From Chloroflexota bacterium (GTDB lineage: Bacteria; Chloroflexota; UBA11872; VXNJ01): a stretch of DNA of 64,000 nucleotides. Within the stretch, counting starts at the first letter, position 1. Every line of letters starts with the position of its first letter. The translations under genes and the position numbers were made by a program. The stretch spans positions 672,001 through 736,000 of the forward strand of contig OZ253449.1 of assembly GCA_965261345.1 (NCBI GenBank), in the 5' to 3' direction. Below the pieces are notes generated by a model. It made no database searches and was not told the DNA's origin. It saw nothing but the letters and a program-made list of their open reading frames with translations. Below, one piece after another: positions 11,463-21,194 of the stretch.

Positions 11463-12584
11463 CTAGCGCAGCAGGATCGCCGGCCGCGGAAGAGCCTGCC
11501 CGGGACCGGATAGCTGCGGCCAATCGCCGGTCTCGGTAATCACCTCGGATCGCGGCGCCCCGTCGGGGCTCCCGGTAACGATTACCGTGTCTTCGCTCTT
11601 TACTCCGGCAATCGACGGGTTCCAGGCGAAACTGTGGCCGAATTGGATTTGAAGATCAGGGCCCGTTCCGGCGAAGAATTCGCGCGATCCGTAGCCGGCC
11701 GGTCCGCCCTGATGATGCAAGCGCCACTCATCCGGGTACCCCTGGGCGGCGTAGGCGGACCGGCCGGCGGTGAAAGCCTGCTCGACGGTGTTGCCGGGAA
11801 CGCTGGCGGCGATGTATGCGGAATCGACCTGGGCGCAGGCTGCCGCGCGTGCCGACAGGTCCGGGTCGGGCTTACCAAAGTGGGCAAGCCGGGTAATTGA
11901 GCACCAGAGCCCGTCGCGTAGTGCGCAGGCCACCAGCATCAGGTAGCGTTCGATCGCTTTGCCGGTTGGCAGCGGGTGGCGATGGGTCCAAATCCTGCGG
12001 TCGGATGCGACCAACAGGACCGGTGCAACTATCCCCGAACGATTGAGTTTTTCTTGCAGTCGGGCGGCGGCGGAAAACTCGCTCTCGCCCGGCCCGACCT
12101 CGCGGGCGGTCTGTTCCACCGCGAGCGCTGTATCCCTACCCAGCAAGCGGTAGCGCGCGATGTCATCTGCTCCCAGGCGGGAACGCAACTCGCGCAACTG
12201 AGAACTTCCATCGACCGCCCCGGGCAGGGGAAGGTCGCTGGCGAGCACCGCCCCTCCGGTAATCGCCCGTACGGCAGGAACGGGGTCGGCGAAAAATTCG
12301 GGCCAGGGGACAGCCTGAACCGTCAAGTCAAGCCCGGCCAGCTCCTCGTCCGGCAATCTTGGAATCTCGATGTTGGCCGCGAGCAGGTGGACGCTGGCCT
12401 GGGAGGCTAGCAAGAACCCCACGCCGCGCGGGTCGCCGGCCACGATGAAGGACCGTCCGCCGCCGCTTAGCCAGGCGAACGATCCCGGCGACTGCAGCAG
12501 CACCCATTCCCATTCCTGCCGGGCCATCAGCTCGCGCAGGCTGGTCAGCTTCCGGCGGTATTCGGCAGCCCGCAGATTACTCAT
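11463..12584 (-). CDS. M24 (Xaa-Pro peptidase/creatinase) family protein
   Basis: RHPLPT, HHQGGPAGYGSRE, AWNPSIAGVKSEDT signature of an M24 subfamily. Confidence 0.88.
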   Translation of the reverse strand: MSNLRAAEYRRKLTSLRELMARQEWEWVLLQSPGSFAWLSGGGRSFIVAGDPRGVGFLLASQASVHLLAANIEIPRLPDEELAGLDLTVQAVPWPEFFADPVPAVRAITGGAVLASDLPLPGAVDGSSQLRELRSRLGADDIARYRLLGRDTALAVEQTAREVGPGESEFSAAARLQEKLNRSGIVAPVLLVASDRRIWTHRHPLPTGKAIERYLMLVACALRDGLWCSITRLAHFGKPDPDLSARAAACAQVDSAYIAASVPGNTVEQAFTAGRSAYAAQGYPDEWRLHHQGGPAGYGSREFFAGTGPDLQIQFGHSFAWNPSIAGVKSEDTVIVTGSPDGAPRSEVITETGDWPQLSGPGQALPRPAILLR

Positions 12585-14791
12585 TTGGCCGTGGCCCTCT
12601 CCATTTCGCGGAAAACCTCGGTTACATTGCGGATCAGATGCAAACGATCAAGCAATCGGGTCAATTCACCAATGCTGCCCAGGGCCACCACAATGTGGAC
12701 CGTACAGCCACCATCGCCGCTGGTTTCCACGTCGGCCGACTCGATGTTGTGACCCTCCTCGGTAACGACCGCCGCGATGTCCCTGAGCAGGCCCTCGCGG
12801 TCCTCGGCAGCTATCAAAATGGTGGCCGGGAACGCGCGCGCCGGGTTCTGCTTCCAGCGCACGTCAACCAGGCGTCCCAGGTTGAGCGATTTGACGATGT
12901 TGGCGCAACCGGCGCGGTGGACCGTAACGCCTTTGCCACGAGTAACGTATCCCACGATTGCGTCCCCCGGCAGCGGTCCGCAACAGGCCGCCAGGCGGGT
13001 CAGGGCGCTGTCGATGTCGCCGACCGTCACCCCTCCCGACCGGCTTGCGGTCACGGACGGCTCGGGCACCACGTAAGCCGAGGTAGCAGTTTCCAGTCCC
13101 AACCGGTTAACGACCTGGGTTGCCGTTACCGCCCCGTAGCCAACACCCATCAGCAGCGCCGGGATGTCGACATAGGAGAGCCGGCGGGCTGCCTTCATCA
13201 GGATCGCCGGATCAATCGCCGACAGCGGCCCATGACCAATGCGGGTCAATTCGCGGTCAAGCAGACGCCGCCCGTGGTTTTCGTTTTCGGATCGTGTTTG
13301 GTGCTTGAACCATTGCCGGATCTTGTTTCGGGCCGAACCGGTGGCCACAATCGAAAGCCAGTCGCGCGAAGGGCCCTTCGAAGACTTGTTGGTCTGGATT
13401 TCGACCGCGTCGCCGGTCGAAAGCTCGTAGCGGAGCGGTACCAACCGGCCATTGACCTTCGCGCCGATGCAATGGTGACCGACCTCGGTATGAATTCGAT
13501 AAGCAAAGTCGAGTGGGGTTGAGCCGCGCGGCAGGTCGATTACGTCCCCCTGCGGCGTGAACACGAACAGCTGGTCGGAAAAGACGTCGGCTTTTAGGAT
13601 GTCGATCAGCGGTTCGGCCGACTCAAGGTCATCCTGCCATTCGAGCACCTGGCGGATCCAGGCCAGCTTTTCGTCAAAACTCTCGGCGTCGGGTTTGCCC
13701 TCCTTGTAGCGCCAGTGCGCGGCCACTCCGTATTCGGCCTCGCGATGCATCAGTTCGGTTCTGATCTGCACTTCAAAGCGCTGGCTGCCCGGCCCCAGCA
13801 CGGCGGTATGGAGCGATTGGTACCGGTTCGCCTTGGGGGCCGAGATGTAGTCGTCGAACTGCCCGGCGATCGCCCGCCAATTGGAGTGGACGACGGCCAG
13901 GGCGCGATAGCAGTCCTCGATCGTGCGCACGATCACCCGGACCGCAATCAGATCGTGGATCTGGTCGAATTCGACTCCCTTGCGCCGCATCTTGCGGTAG
14001 ATCGAATAGATGTGCTTGGCCCGCCCTGACAGGCTGGCTTCCAATCCGGATGCGGACAGATGCCCTCCGAGGTCTGCAACCACGTCGCTGGCCAGTGTTT
14101 CGCGCTGGTTGCGCCGCATTTCCAGCAGCCTGGCGATTTTGGAATACTCGTCCGGCTTGAACTGCCGAAATGCTTCATCCTCGAGTTGCCAGCGCCAAGT
14201 CCACATGCCCAGGCGCCCCGCCAGGGGCGCATAGAGCTCCAGAGTCTCCTCGCAGACATGGGCGATTTGGTCCGGGTTCAGAACCGAAACGGTGCGGATA
14301 TTGTGCAGGCGGTCGGCCAGCTTGACGATCACAACTCGAATGTCGCGAGCCATAGCCAGGAACATCTTGCGCATCGTGAGCGCGCGTTCACCCTCGATGT
14401 GGTCCAGGTCCAGGCGGGTCAGTTTGGTAACTCCGTCGACCAATTGGGCAACCTGGGGACCAAATTGAGCGCTTATCTGGGCGGAGCTAACACCGCAGTC
14501 CTCAAGCACGTCATGGAGCAAGCCGGCCGCAATGGTGTCCGGGTCCATTCGCAATTCGGCCAGGAGGTTGGCGACCGCCAGCGGGTGCGAGACATAGGGT
14601 TCCCCGGAGCGGCGCCTTTGGCCGTGATGCGAGCGCGCCGCAAATTCAAAGGCGCGCTCGATGATCGCCAGCTGCTCGGAGTGATCGCCGCCAAGGTAGT
14701 CGGCGACCGTAGCCAGCAGCTTGGCCGGCGAAATCGGCGGGTCGACACGTGCAACGGTAAGACCTTCGGGCGAACTGGTCGGGGTGGTCAT
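12581..14791 (-). CDS. rel: Bifunctional (p)ppGpp synthetase/hydrolase (long RSH)
   Basis: HD domain (RRSGEPYVSHP, LLHDVLED), synthetase (YQSLHT, EVQIRT), TGS (PLDFAYRIHTEVG), CC zinc finger and ACT domain. Confidence 0.97.
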   Translation of the reverse strand: MTTPTSSPEGLTVARVDPPISPAKLLATVADYLGGDHSEQLAIIERAFEFAARSHHGQRRRSGEPYVSHPLAVANLLAELRMDPDTIAAGLLHDVLEDCGVSSAQISAQFGPQVAQLVDGVTKLTRLDLDHIEGERALTMRKMFLAMARDIRVVIVKLADRLHNIRTVSVLNPDQIAHVCEETLELYAPLAGRLGMWTWRWQLEDEAFRQFKPDEYSKIARLLEMRRNQRETLASDVVADLGGHLSASGLEASLSGRAKHIYSIYRKMRRKGVEFDQIHDLIAVRVIVRTIEDCYRALAVVHSNWRAIAGQFDDYISAPKANRYQSLHTAVLGPGSQRFEVQIRTELMHREAEYGVAAHWRYKEGKPDAESFDEKLAWIRQVLEWQDDLESAEPLIDILKADVFSDQLFVFTPQGDVIDLPRGSTPLDFAYRIHTEVGHHCIGAKVNGRLVPLRYELSTGDAVEIQTNKSSKGPSRDWLSIVATGSARNKIRQWFKHQTRSENENHGRRLLDRELTRIGHGPLSAIDPAILMKAARRLSYVDIPALLMGVGYGAVTATQVVNRLGLETATSAYVVPEPSVTASRSGGVTVGDIDSALTRLAACCGPLPGDAIVGYVTRGKGVTVHRAGCANIVKSLNLGRLVDVRWKQNPARAFPATILIAAEDREGLLRDIAAVVTEEGHNIESADVETSGDGGCTVHIVVALGSIGELTRLLDRLHLIRNVTEVFREMERATAK

Positions 14792-16443
14792 GCCAACCGC
14801 AGGTCCTCAACTATTACTGAAATACCAGAATAGCCAGCCCGCGGCCTTGCCAGTTCACCAACCAGGTCGACCCGCTTGCCCGGCTTTACCGTCGTCCGGT
14901 ATCGCCCGCCGCCAAACCAGATCACATCGACCTGCGCGGCGCCGGCCAGGGTGATCTTGAGATGGGAGCCGTTTGAAATCGCAACTACCCGGTCGACCTC
15001 CGCGTTGAGCAGCTTGCAACACGGGGCCGCAAATCCTCGACCGTAGGGTTCAAAGTTCTCGATTTCACACAGCGCCGGTTCTCCCAGCAGCAAATGGTCC
15101 AAACAGAGGTCGTAGTGGAGTTGCGGGAGCTGCCATGTACCCTGGTGCCGCTCCCAGTAGGCGGTTACCGATGCGGCCAATTTATCAACCAGCGAGGGTA
15201 GAACTGAAAAACCGCAGGCTTGGCGGTGGCCGCCCAGCTGCAACGGTGGCGGATCGGCTGCCCGCAGCGGGGCCATCGCATCCAGGCCATCGGGGGTTCG
15301 CCCGGAGCCACGCACTAGCTCGCCGGCTGGCGCACAGATGTAGACCGGCGTACCGCGCCGCGCGCACAGCCGCGTAGCCGCCGACGAAATTATTCCTGGA
15401 TGGGCGTTAGCGGCAAGGTAGAAAACCGGACCGCTGCCGCCGGTTCGTCGATCCAGTTCAGATTCCAACGCGGCCGAGAGGGATCGGCGACGGCGCCCGA
15501 GCGCCACAAGCTCGCCGGCGAGTTGTTTGGCAGCGGCACGGTCCACGGCAACGAGTAACTGGCATGCCAGGGCCGGATCGCCGATACGCCCGGCGCCGTT
15601 TATCAGGGGAGCTATCCGGAACGCGATATCGCGCGCGCGCAGCGGAAGAGAGATACGTGCTGCCGCCAGCAGTGCGGCCAGCCCGGGCCGCGGCCCGGCG
15701 GCGATACGCGCCAACCCGGCAACGACTATATGGCGGTTTTCGCCGACCAGTTCCATCGAATCCCCGACGGTGGCGATAGCGGCCAAATCGATCAGGTCGT
15801 TGGCCGATTGACCAGCGCGCCAGGCGAGTGCTTCGGCCAATTTGAAGGCGAGGCCGCCAGAGCAGAAATCGGCCGCCGCCTGGCCCGGTAGCGGATTGAT
15901 CGCCGCGCAGACATTGGCCCAGGGTTCGGAAACCACATGGTGATCGACTACGATCACGTCCATCCCCAGGCCGCGAGCGTGATCGATCTCGGCCTGAGCG
16001 TTGGTCCCAAGATCGAGCGCCAGCAGGATTGCCGCACCGGCCGCGGCGCAGGCATTGATGCCAACCCGGGACAGTCCGTACCCGTCGCGCAAACGATCCG
16101 GGAAATAGACCAGCGGATCGTTGCCGAGTCGCGATAACAGGATCTGCAGCAGGGCTCCAGCGCAGATCCCATCGCAATCAAAATCGGCATATATTGCAAT
16201 TTTTTGCCGGTGCTCAATGGCAGTTTGCAAGCGCTCGACCGCCGCGCCGATACCTGGAATACCCAGCGGGTTGGAGCTGGCTGGATCAAAGATTGCCGGT
16301 GGCGGCCGGCAGGCGGAAATCCCGCGCGCGGCCAGGATGGCCGGGCCGATTTGGTCGGACTCGTGCAAAACCTTGCCGGCGTTAGCGTGGGACGGACGCC
16401 ATTCGCGCCCGCTGAGCCCGTAGCTGGGGCCATCGCGGATCAG
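14788..16443 (-). CDS. recJ: Single-stranded DNA exonuclease RecJ
   Basis: YADFDCDG, VVDHH, APLINGAGRIG, RGSGR, GGHRQACG, EPYGRG motifs. ORF track starts at TTG 16368; the frame stays open upstream to a CTG at 16443 overlapping the coaBC stop, so the start is uncertain. Confidence 0.9.
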   Translation of the reverse strand: MIRDGPSYGLSGREWRPSHANAGKVLHESDQIGPAILAARGISACRPPPAIFDPASSNPLGIPGIGAAVERLQTAIEHRQKIAIYADFDCDGICAGALLQILLSRLGNDPLVYFPDRLRDGYGLSRVGINACAAAGAAILLALDLGTNAQAEIDHARGLGMDVIVVDHHVVSEPWANVCAAINPLPGQAAADFCSGGLAFKLAEALAWRAGQSANDLIDLAAIATVGDSMELVGENRHIVVAGLARIAAGPRPGLAALLAAARISLPLRARDIAFRIAPLINGAGRIGDPALACQLLVAVDRAAAKQLAGELVALGRRRRSLSAALESELDRRTGGSGPVFYLAANAHPGIISSAATRLCARRGTPVYICAPAGELVRGSGRTPDGLDAMAPLRAADPPPLQLGGHRQACGFSVLPSLVDKLAASVTAYWERHQGTWQLPQLHYDLCLDHLLLGEPALCEIENFEPYGRGFAAPCCKLLNAEVDRVVAISNGSHLKITLAGAAQVDVIWFGGGRYRTTVKPGKRVDLVGELARPRAGYSGISVIVEDLRLA

Positions 16444-17636
16444 GAAAACAACTCCTGCAACAAATCGATCACGCGTTCGGCGACCTGCGATTTGGGTGCC
16501 GGTCCGACCTGATCCCAGATCCCGGCCGCAGTATAAATCGAAACTATGTTGCTGCCGACACCGAATCCGGCCTGATGATCGTCAAGGTCGTTGCCAACGA
16601 CCGCATCCAATTGCTTGGATTGGAGCTTGCGCAGGGCGCTTTCGGCCAAATCGCCGGTCGAGAGTGCAAATCCGATCCGCACCCTAGCCTTGCGGGCGCC
16701 AGCGAGGATGTCGGGGGTTGGGACTAGGGACAGTGCAAGCCCGTCGCGGCGGGGCAGCTTGCGGTCGCTTGGCGCGGTCGGCTGAAAGTCGCCCACGGCA
16801 GCCGCCATGATCAATGCGTCAGAACCGGGGGTCACGGCCTCAATCGCGGCGGCCATTTCGGCCGCATCGACGACCGCGATCGTCTTGAGGCCGGCCGGCG
16901 CGCGGACGGCAAGATTTGCCGCCACCAGGGTTACATTGGCCCCGCGATCGCGGGCCGCCTCGGCAATCGCCACCCCTTGCGCGCCGGTCGAAGGATTGCC
17001 CAAGAAACGGACGGGGTCAATAAATTCGCGCGTGCCCCCGGCGCTGACCACCACATTCCGACCGGCCAGGGGACCGCTCGCACCCAGCGCCGCCCGGAGC
17101 CGATCGACCAACCGCTGGGGATCGGGCATACGGCCCACGCCGGTTCGGCCCGAGGCGTGGCGACCCCACTCGGGTTCGATGACCATCCACCCGGCTTTCC
17201 GCAATTTCATCAGATTCGCCTGCTGGGCGGGGTTGGTGAGCATGTTGGCTTCCATCGCCGGGGCCAGCAGCCGGGGGCCCTTAACCGAAAGCAGGGCGGC
17301 GGTGAGCACGTTGGCGGCCCCACCGGCAGCCAGCTGGGCGATCGTGTTGGCAGTGGCCGGGGCGACCAAGGCGGCCTCGGCCGCCAGGCCCAATTCAACA
17401 TGGGCGATCGCCCCGCTGGGGCTCATCGCGGCAACATCGTCGTAGGCCGGGCGCCCGGTTAGGCCAGCGAATGTGGGCAGACCCACGAACCGCCGCGCGG
17501 CCGGGGTAGTAACTACGTCCACCAGGGCGCCACCCTGGGTAAGCAGACTGGCGGTTTGGGCGGCCTTGAAGGCAGCGATCGATCCGCTGACGCCAAGTAG
17601 GATGCGGCGGCCGGTAAGAACTCGGACCGGGTTCAT
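16440..17636 (-). CDS. coaBC: Phosphopantothenoylcysteine decarboxylase/ligase
   Basis: LLGVSGSIAAFKA, APATANTIA, APAMEANM, GGTREFIDPVRFLGNPSTG, AAAVGDF. ATG 17636 overlaps the coaX stop (ATGA). Confidence 0.96.
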   Translation of the reverse strand: MNPVRVLTGRRILLGVSGSIAAFKAAQTASLLTQGGALVDVVTTPAARRFVGLPTFAGLTGRPAYDDVAAMSPSGAIAHVELGLAAEAALVAPATANTIAQLAAGGAANVLTAALLSVKGPRLLAPAMEANMLTNPAQQANLMKLRKAGWMVIEPEWGRHASGRTGVGRMPDPQRLVDRLRAALGASGPLAGRNVVVSAGGTREFIDPVRFLGNPSTGAQGVAIAEAARDRGANVTLVAANLAVRAPAGLKTIAVVDAAEMAAAIEAVTPGSDALIMAAAVGDFQPTAPSDRKLPRRDGLALSLVPTPDILAGARKARVRIGFALSTGDLAESALRKLQSKQLDAVVGNDLDDHQAGFGVGSNIVSIYTAAGIWDQVGPAPKSQVAERVIDLLQELFS

Positions 17637-18430
17637 AACCCCAACCGTTCGGCCACCAAGGCAATCCCGCGCAGAGTCAACTCGGGGTCCACCACATCGA
17701 GCTCGGCAATGTCGCCGGTCAGTGCCGCGCCGTATCCGCCGGTGGCTACCACCGTCTCGACCGGACCGACCTCGCCGCGCAGCCGGATAATCAGTTCCCG
17801 GATCATCCCCACAAATCCCCAGTACGATCCGGACCGCATGCAACTGGCGGTATCTAGGCCGAGCACCCGCGCGGGCTTTGCAAAATCCACCGCAGGCAGA
17901 AGCTCGGCGGCCGTTGAAAGAGCGGCCAAGCTGGCATCGGGGCCAGGGGCGATTAAACCGCCGCCGTAATCGCCCTCGGCGGTAACGAAGTCGACGCTGG
18001 TGGCGGTTCCGATGTCGACCACGATTGCCGGGGCGCCGTGCAATTCAGCGCAGGCCAGGCAATTTAGCACGCGATCGATGCCCACCTTCTCCGGCTCTCT
18101 CACGCGGGCCCGAACGCCCGGAAGTAAAGGCGTTTCCAGAACCGTAACCGACGCACAAAAACGCGCAAGCGCGTGGACCAGCGGATCCTTCTGCGACGGG
18201 GCCACCGATCCGACGAGGCAATGATTGAAATTTCTGGCAAAACCGGATAGTTGGTCAAGCTGACGTCTCCAGCCGGCCGAATCGCGCCCCCGACCGCCTC
18301 CTATGCGCCAGCGACGCCGGACATCGCGTCCGGCCACTGCCGCCAGGCTCACTGAGGAGTTGCCCAGATCGACCGCCAGCAGCCGCTCGGCACCGGATTC
18401 CCCGGCCAGCGCGTCTAGTCCGCCCGACAT
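17633..18430 (-). CDS. coaX: Type III pantothenate kinase
   Basis: LLAVDLGNS, VGIDR, IVVDIGTATSVD, GGLIAPG, VATGG, LTLRG. Confidence 0.96.
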   Translation of the reverse strand: MSGGLDALAGESGAERLLAVDLGNSSVSLAAVAGRDVRRRWRIGGGRGRDSAGWRRQLDQLSGFARNFNHCLVGSVAPSQKDPLVHALARFCASVTVLETPLLPGVRARVREPEKVGIDRVLNCLACAELHGAPAIVVDIGTATSVDFVTAEGDYGGGLIAPGPDASLAALSTAAELLPAVDFAKPARVLGLDTASCMRSGSYWGFVGMIRELIIRLRGEVGPVETVVATGGYGAALTGDIAELDVVDPELTLRGIALVAERLGL

Positions 18431-18446
18431 GTACGAGGTTCGAATC

Positions 18447-18605
18447 GGGGAGTCAATCGCCTAATCAGGCCGTGCCCGGAAACCCTCAGCCTGCGGTCGG
18501 TTCCCGCTGCGTTGCGGAGGACGCGGTTCCACCAATCCCGCCCGCCGGAGAACCGGTAGCAGGCGGCGTCGTGGGTAGTACACGGTAAATCGCACCCTCA
18601 ACCCC
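18447..18605 (-). ncRNA. Candidate structured RNA (rod-like, 6S-like or cis-regulatory leader of coaX); family unassigned
   Basis: Nested helices read on the minus strand: GGGGUUGA/UUGACUCC, CCGUGU/GCACGG, ACCC/GGGU, GCCUGC/GCAGGC, CGGUUCUC/GGGAACCG. The G-U pairs work only on the minus strand. Confidence 0.45.
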
Positions 18606-18686
18606 TCGGCTGCCCTCCGAACCAGCTAAGGACTATTGCGAAGTGTAGGCCGCCTGCGGAACGGCAAGATGACAAGTCCATCCAAA

Positions 18687-18710
18687 CCGCCTCGGGGCGC
18701 CCCGAGGCGG
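18687..18710. repeat. Perfect 24-bp palindrome CCGCCTCGGGGCGCCCCGAGGCGG
   Basis: Directly visible self-complementary sequence in a non-coding region. Confidence 0.9.
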
Positions 18711-19125
18711 ACCACTCCGGCCAGGACTTGCAAAATGCCCAACGGGGCATCCGGCCGCGCCGAACCGCCTGGACAGACAACGCTGGCCAATCGCCGTTCA
18801 TAAGGGAATCGCCGCAGGTCCGCTGGCCAAACCCGGCTCCGGTTGCATAGCAAAGGCGGGCCGTTTCCGCGCAATGGCACCGCCTTCGCTCGCCAATCTA
18901 AACTGCGATGAAGGTGCGGATTTGGGATATGGTGGGCGCGGCGGAGTCCAAGGCCAGCCCGCGTCGGATCGACCGGTTCGACCATTCCCTAACGACCACC
19001 GCTGCCATCACCCTCCGGGCGCCGTTTAACGCTCGCGTTGGACCGGCGTCGTTTTGCCGGTTTAAGGCGGTCTTGCCGCGGGGCGGGATTGGCCGCCAAC
19101 AGAAAGAGACCGACAGGAGAACAGC

Positions 19126-19943
19126 ATGACCATCGCTAACGTCAACAGCATTGACCTCTACTGCGAGGAATGCGGATCGGGCCCACCGATCATCTTTCAG
19201 CACGGTTACACCAGCTCGCACGAAGTGTGGGGCGGGGTGATCGAAAAGATGTGCGCCCGCAATCGGTGCGTTGCAATGGACGCGCGCGGCGCGGGCGATT
19301 CGGCCCACCCCGAGAACGGTTACAGCATCGAACAGATGGCCGCCGACATCGTTGGCGTTGCCGATGCACTAGACATTGATAAGTTCCACTACGTCGGGCA
19401 CAGCATGGGCGGAGTGATCGGGTACGAGCTCGGGCTCTCCCACGCCGACCGCATCTCGATGCCTCGCCCTGGCCGGCGCCGGCCGACGGCGTCGCGGCGC
19501 CGCGGTCGGTCCACGACACTATGCGCGAACGTTGGGCGAACAAGGAGCGGGACCTGATCATCCAAACGACGCTCGCCGCACTGCCGCGCAAGGGCGCCCA
19601 TGAAGGAGTGCCGGGCCAGGTTGACCGACAACTGTCAGTTTCGGCCGGTCACTTCGACGACTGCTGGAACGCCATGGTCGAATACCGAAGAGGTGATCGG
19701 CTGGGCGAAATTAAGTCTCCCACCCTGGTTCTGTCGGGCGCAGCCGACGGTTTGCTGGAAGCCAACTTGAAGGACTTCGCGCGGCTCGGAAATGCAACTC
19801 TGCACGTATTTAGCCGCGTCGGACACGGAATCCCGCGCGAGGTGCCGCGGGCTTTTGCGCGAGTTTTGGCCGATTTCCACGAGCACGGGGTTGTCAACGT
19901 GCGTACGGTGCAGGCGGCGGTTGCCGCGGCTGCTGCTGCGTAG
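19126..19943 (+). pseudogene. Frameshifted alpha/beta hydrolase
   Basis: The 5' ORF has HGY and GHSMGG; the 3' ORF in another frame has PTLVLSGAAD and VGHGIPRE. The frame break at ~19460-19480 falls in the expected LxLVAPAPADG strand. Good SD (AGGAG) at the 5' ATG. Confidence 0.8.
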
Positions 19944-20261
19944 ATTGCCTAGGGTCGATCGCGGCAAGGGCGAAGGAGAACCCCGATGATCGGGACGCCA
20001 CCCGTTGGCGCGGGTTGGCGGGCCAAGCGGTTCGTGGACGTTGTTCGGTCGGGTGCATTCGCCGGCCGCTGAGCAATTACTCGGCATTTGTAGTCGATCC
20101 CGGCTTTGAGCTGTTCTGACCAAGCTAGGTTCGCCTGACCATGGCGGTACGGCTCGTTGAAATTCCGCCGACACTGCACTGAACCGGAGGATTTGCGCGG
20201 ACGATTGGTTAAATTCAACCGCGTGCGAGGGCAAACGAAAATTACGATCAGTCGACGCCCC

Positions 20262-20345
20262 GCCGGGGTGGCGGAACGGCAGACGCAGCGGACTTAAAAT
20301 CCGCTGGGCCCTTGGCCCGTGCGGGTTCGAATCCCGCCCCCGGTA
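20262..20345 (+). tRNA. tRNA-Leu (anticodon UAA)
   Basis: Acceptor GCCGGGG/CCCCGGT, D-loop GGAACGGCAGAC, anticodon arm GCGGA-CTTAAAA-TCCGC, long variable arm GGGCC-CTT-GGCCC, T-arm GCGGGTTCGAATCCCGC. CCA is not fully encoded. Confidence 0.96.
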
Positions 20346-20353
20346 CCTGGCCG

Positions 20354-21139
20354 TTAAGCGGCCGCTTCCAAATGCGTCCGCTGCCCGGCGGTCAGTTGCC
20401 AGCCAACCGATCGGGACAGTTCGGCCACCCGTTCGATGCGGTCGGTCTTGGGGATCACCGCCACGCCTCCGGTGCCGATCGCCCAGTTGAGCAGCACCTG
20501 GGCCGGGGTTCGGCCAACCTCGCCGGCTACCGCGGCCACCGTTTCGGCCGCCGAGCCAAGTTTGAAGCGCGCCAGCGGGCTGTAGGCGATCACCAAGACC
20601 CCATGATCGCGACACCAGGGGATCACGTCTTCTTCCGCTTTGCGTTGCAGCAGGTTGTACGCGATTTGATTGGAGGCCAGAGGAATGTCACCAAGGGCCG
20701 CTTGCGCATCCCGCATTTGCGTGACCGAAAAGTTGCTGACCCCGACGTTGCGGATCAATCCCTGTTCGATCAGGTGCCGCATCGCGCGCATTGTTTCGGT
20801 AATCGGGATCGCCGGGTTGGGCCAGTGGACCTGGTAGAGATCAACGCTCTCGACCGCCAAGCGCTCCAGCGAACCGAGGCAGTGGCGGATTAGGTCGCCC
20901 ATGGCCAAATTTTCCGCCGAGACCTTGGTGGCCAAGAAAACCCGGTCGCGAACCGGGGCAATCTCGGTGCCAACCAATTCCTCGTTTCCATACATTTCGG
21001 CCGTATCGACAAAGCCGCATCCCAATTCGGATGCCTTCACCAGCACGCCATGTCCGCCGTGGTAGAGCCAGGTGCCAAATCCGATCACCGGAACCGAGTC
21101 GAAGCCGCCGGCCAGGGTGATGCGTGGCATATCTGTCAT
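20354..21139 (-). CDS. Aldo/keto reductase
   Basis: IGFGTW, DTAEMYGNE, ATKV, SLERL...DLYQVHWP, GVSNFS, AYSPL, VIPK. Confidence 0.95.
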   Translation of the reverse strand: MTDMPRITLAGGFDSVPVIGFGTWLYHGGHGVLVKASELGCGFVDTAEMYGNEELVGTEIAPVRDRVFLATKVSAENLAMGDLIRHCLGSLERLAVESVDLYQVHWPNPAIPITETMRAMRHLIEQGLIRNVGVSNFSVTQMRDAQAALGDIPLASNQIAYNLLQRKAEEDVIPWCRDHGVLVIAYSPLARFKLGSAAETVAAVAGEVGRTPAQVLLNWAIGTGGVAVIPKTDRIERVAELSRSVGWQLTAGQRTHLEAAA

Positions 21140-21194
21140 CGTCGAGCGATCCTCTTTTTCAATTGTTGACCGCGGCCGCCTTCAAGGGTGAGGT

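Noticed and set aside
18437-18446. GGTTCGAATC matching the tRNA-Leu T-loop as a possible att site
   Set aside because: Only 10 bp, on the 5' side of the tRNA, also occurs inside ispH, and there is no integrase.
18520-18540. T-box-like GGTGGAACCGCG on the minus strand
   Set aside because: The downstream sequence does not complete the antiterminator pairing, no stem I is evident, and coaX is not a typical T-box target.
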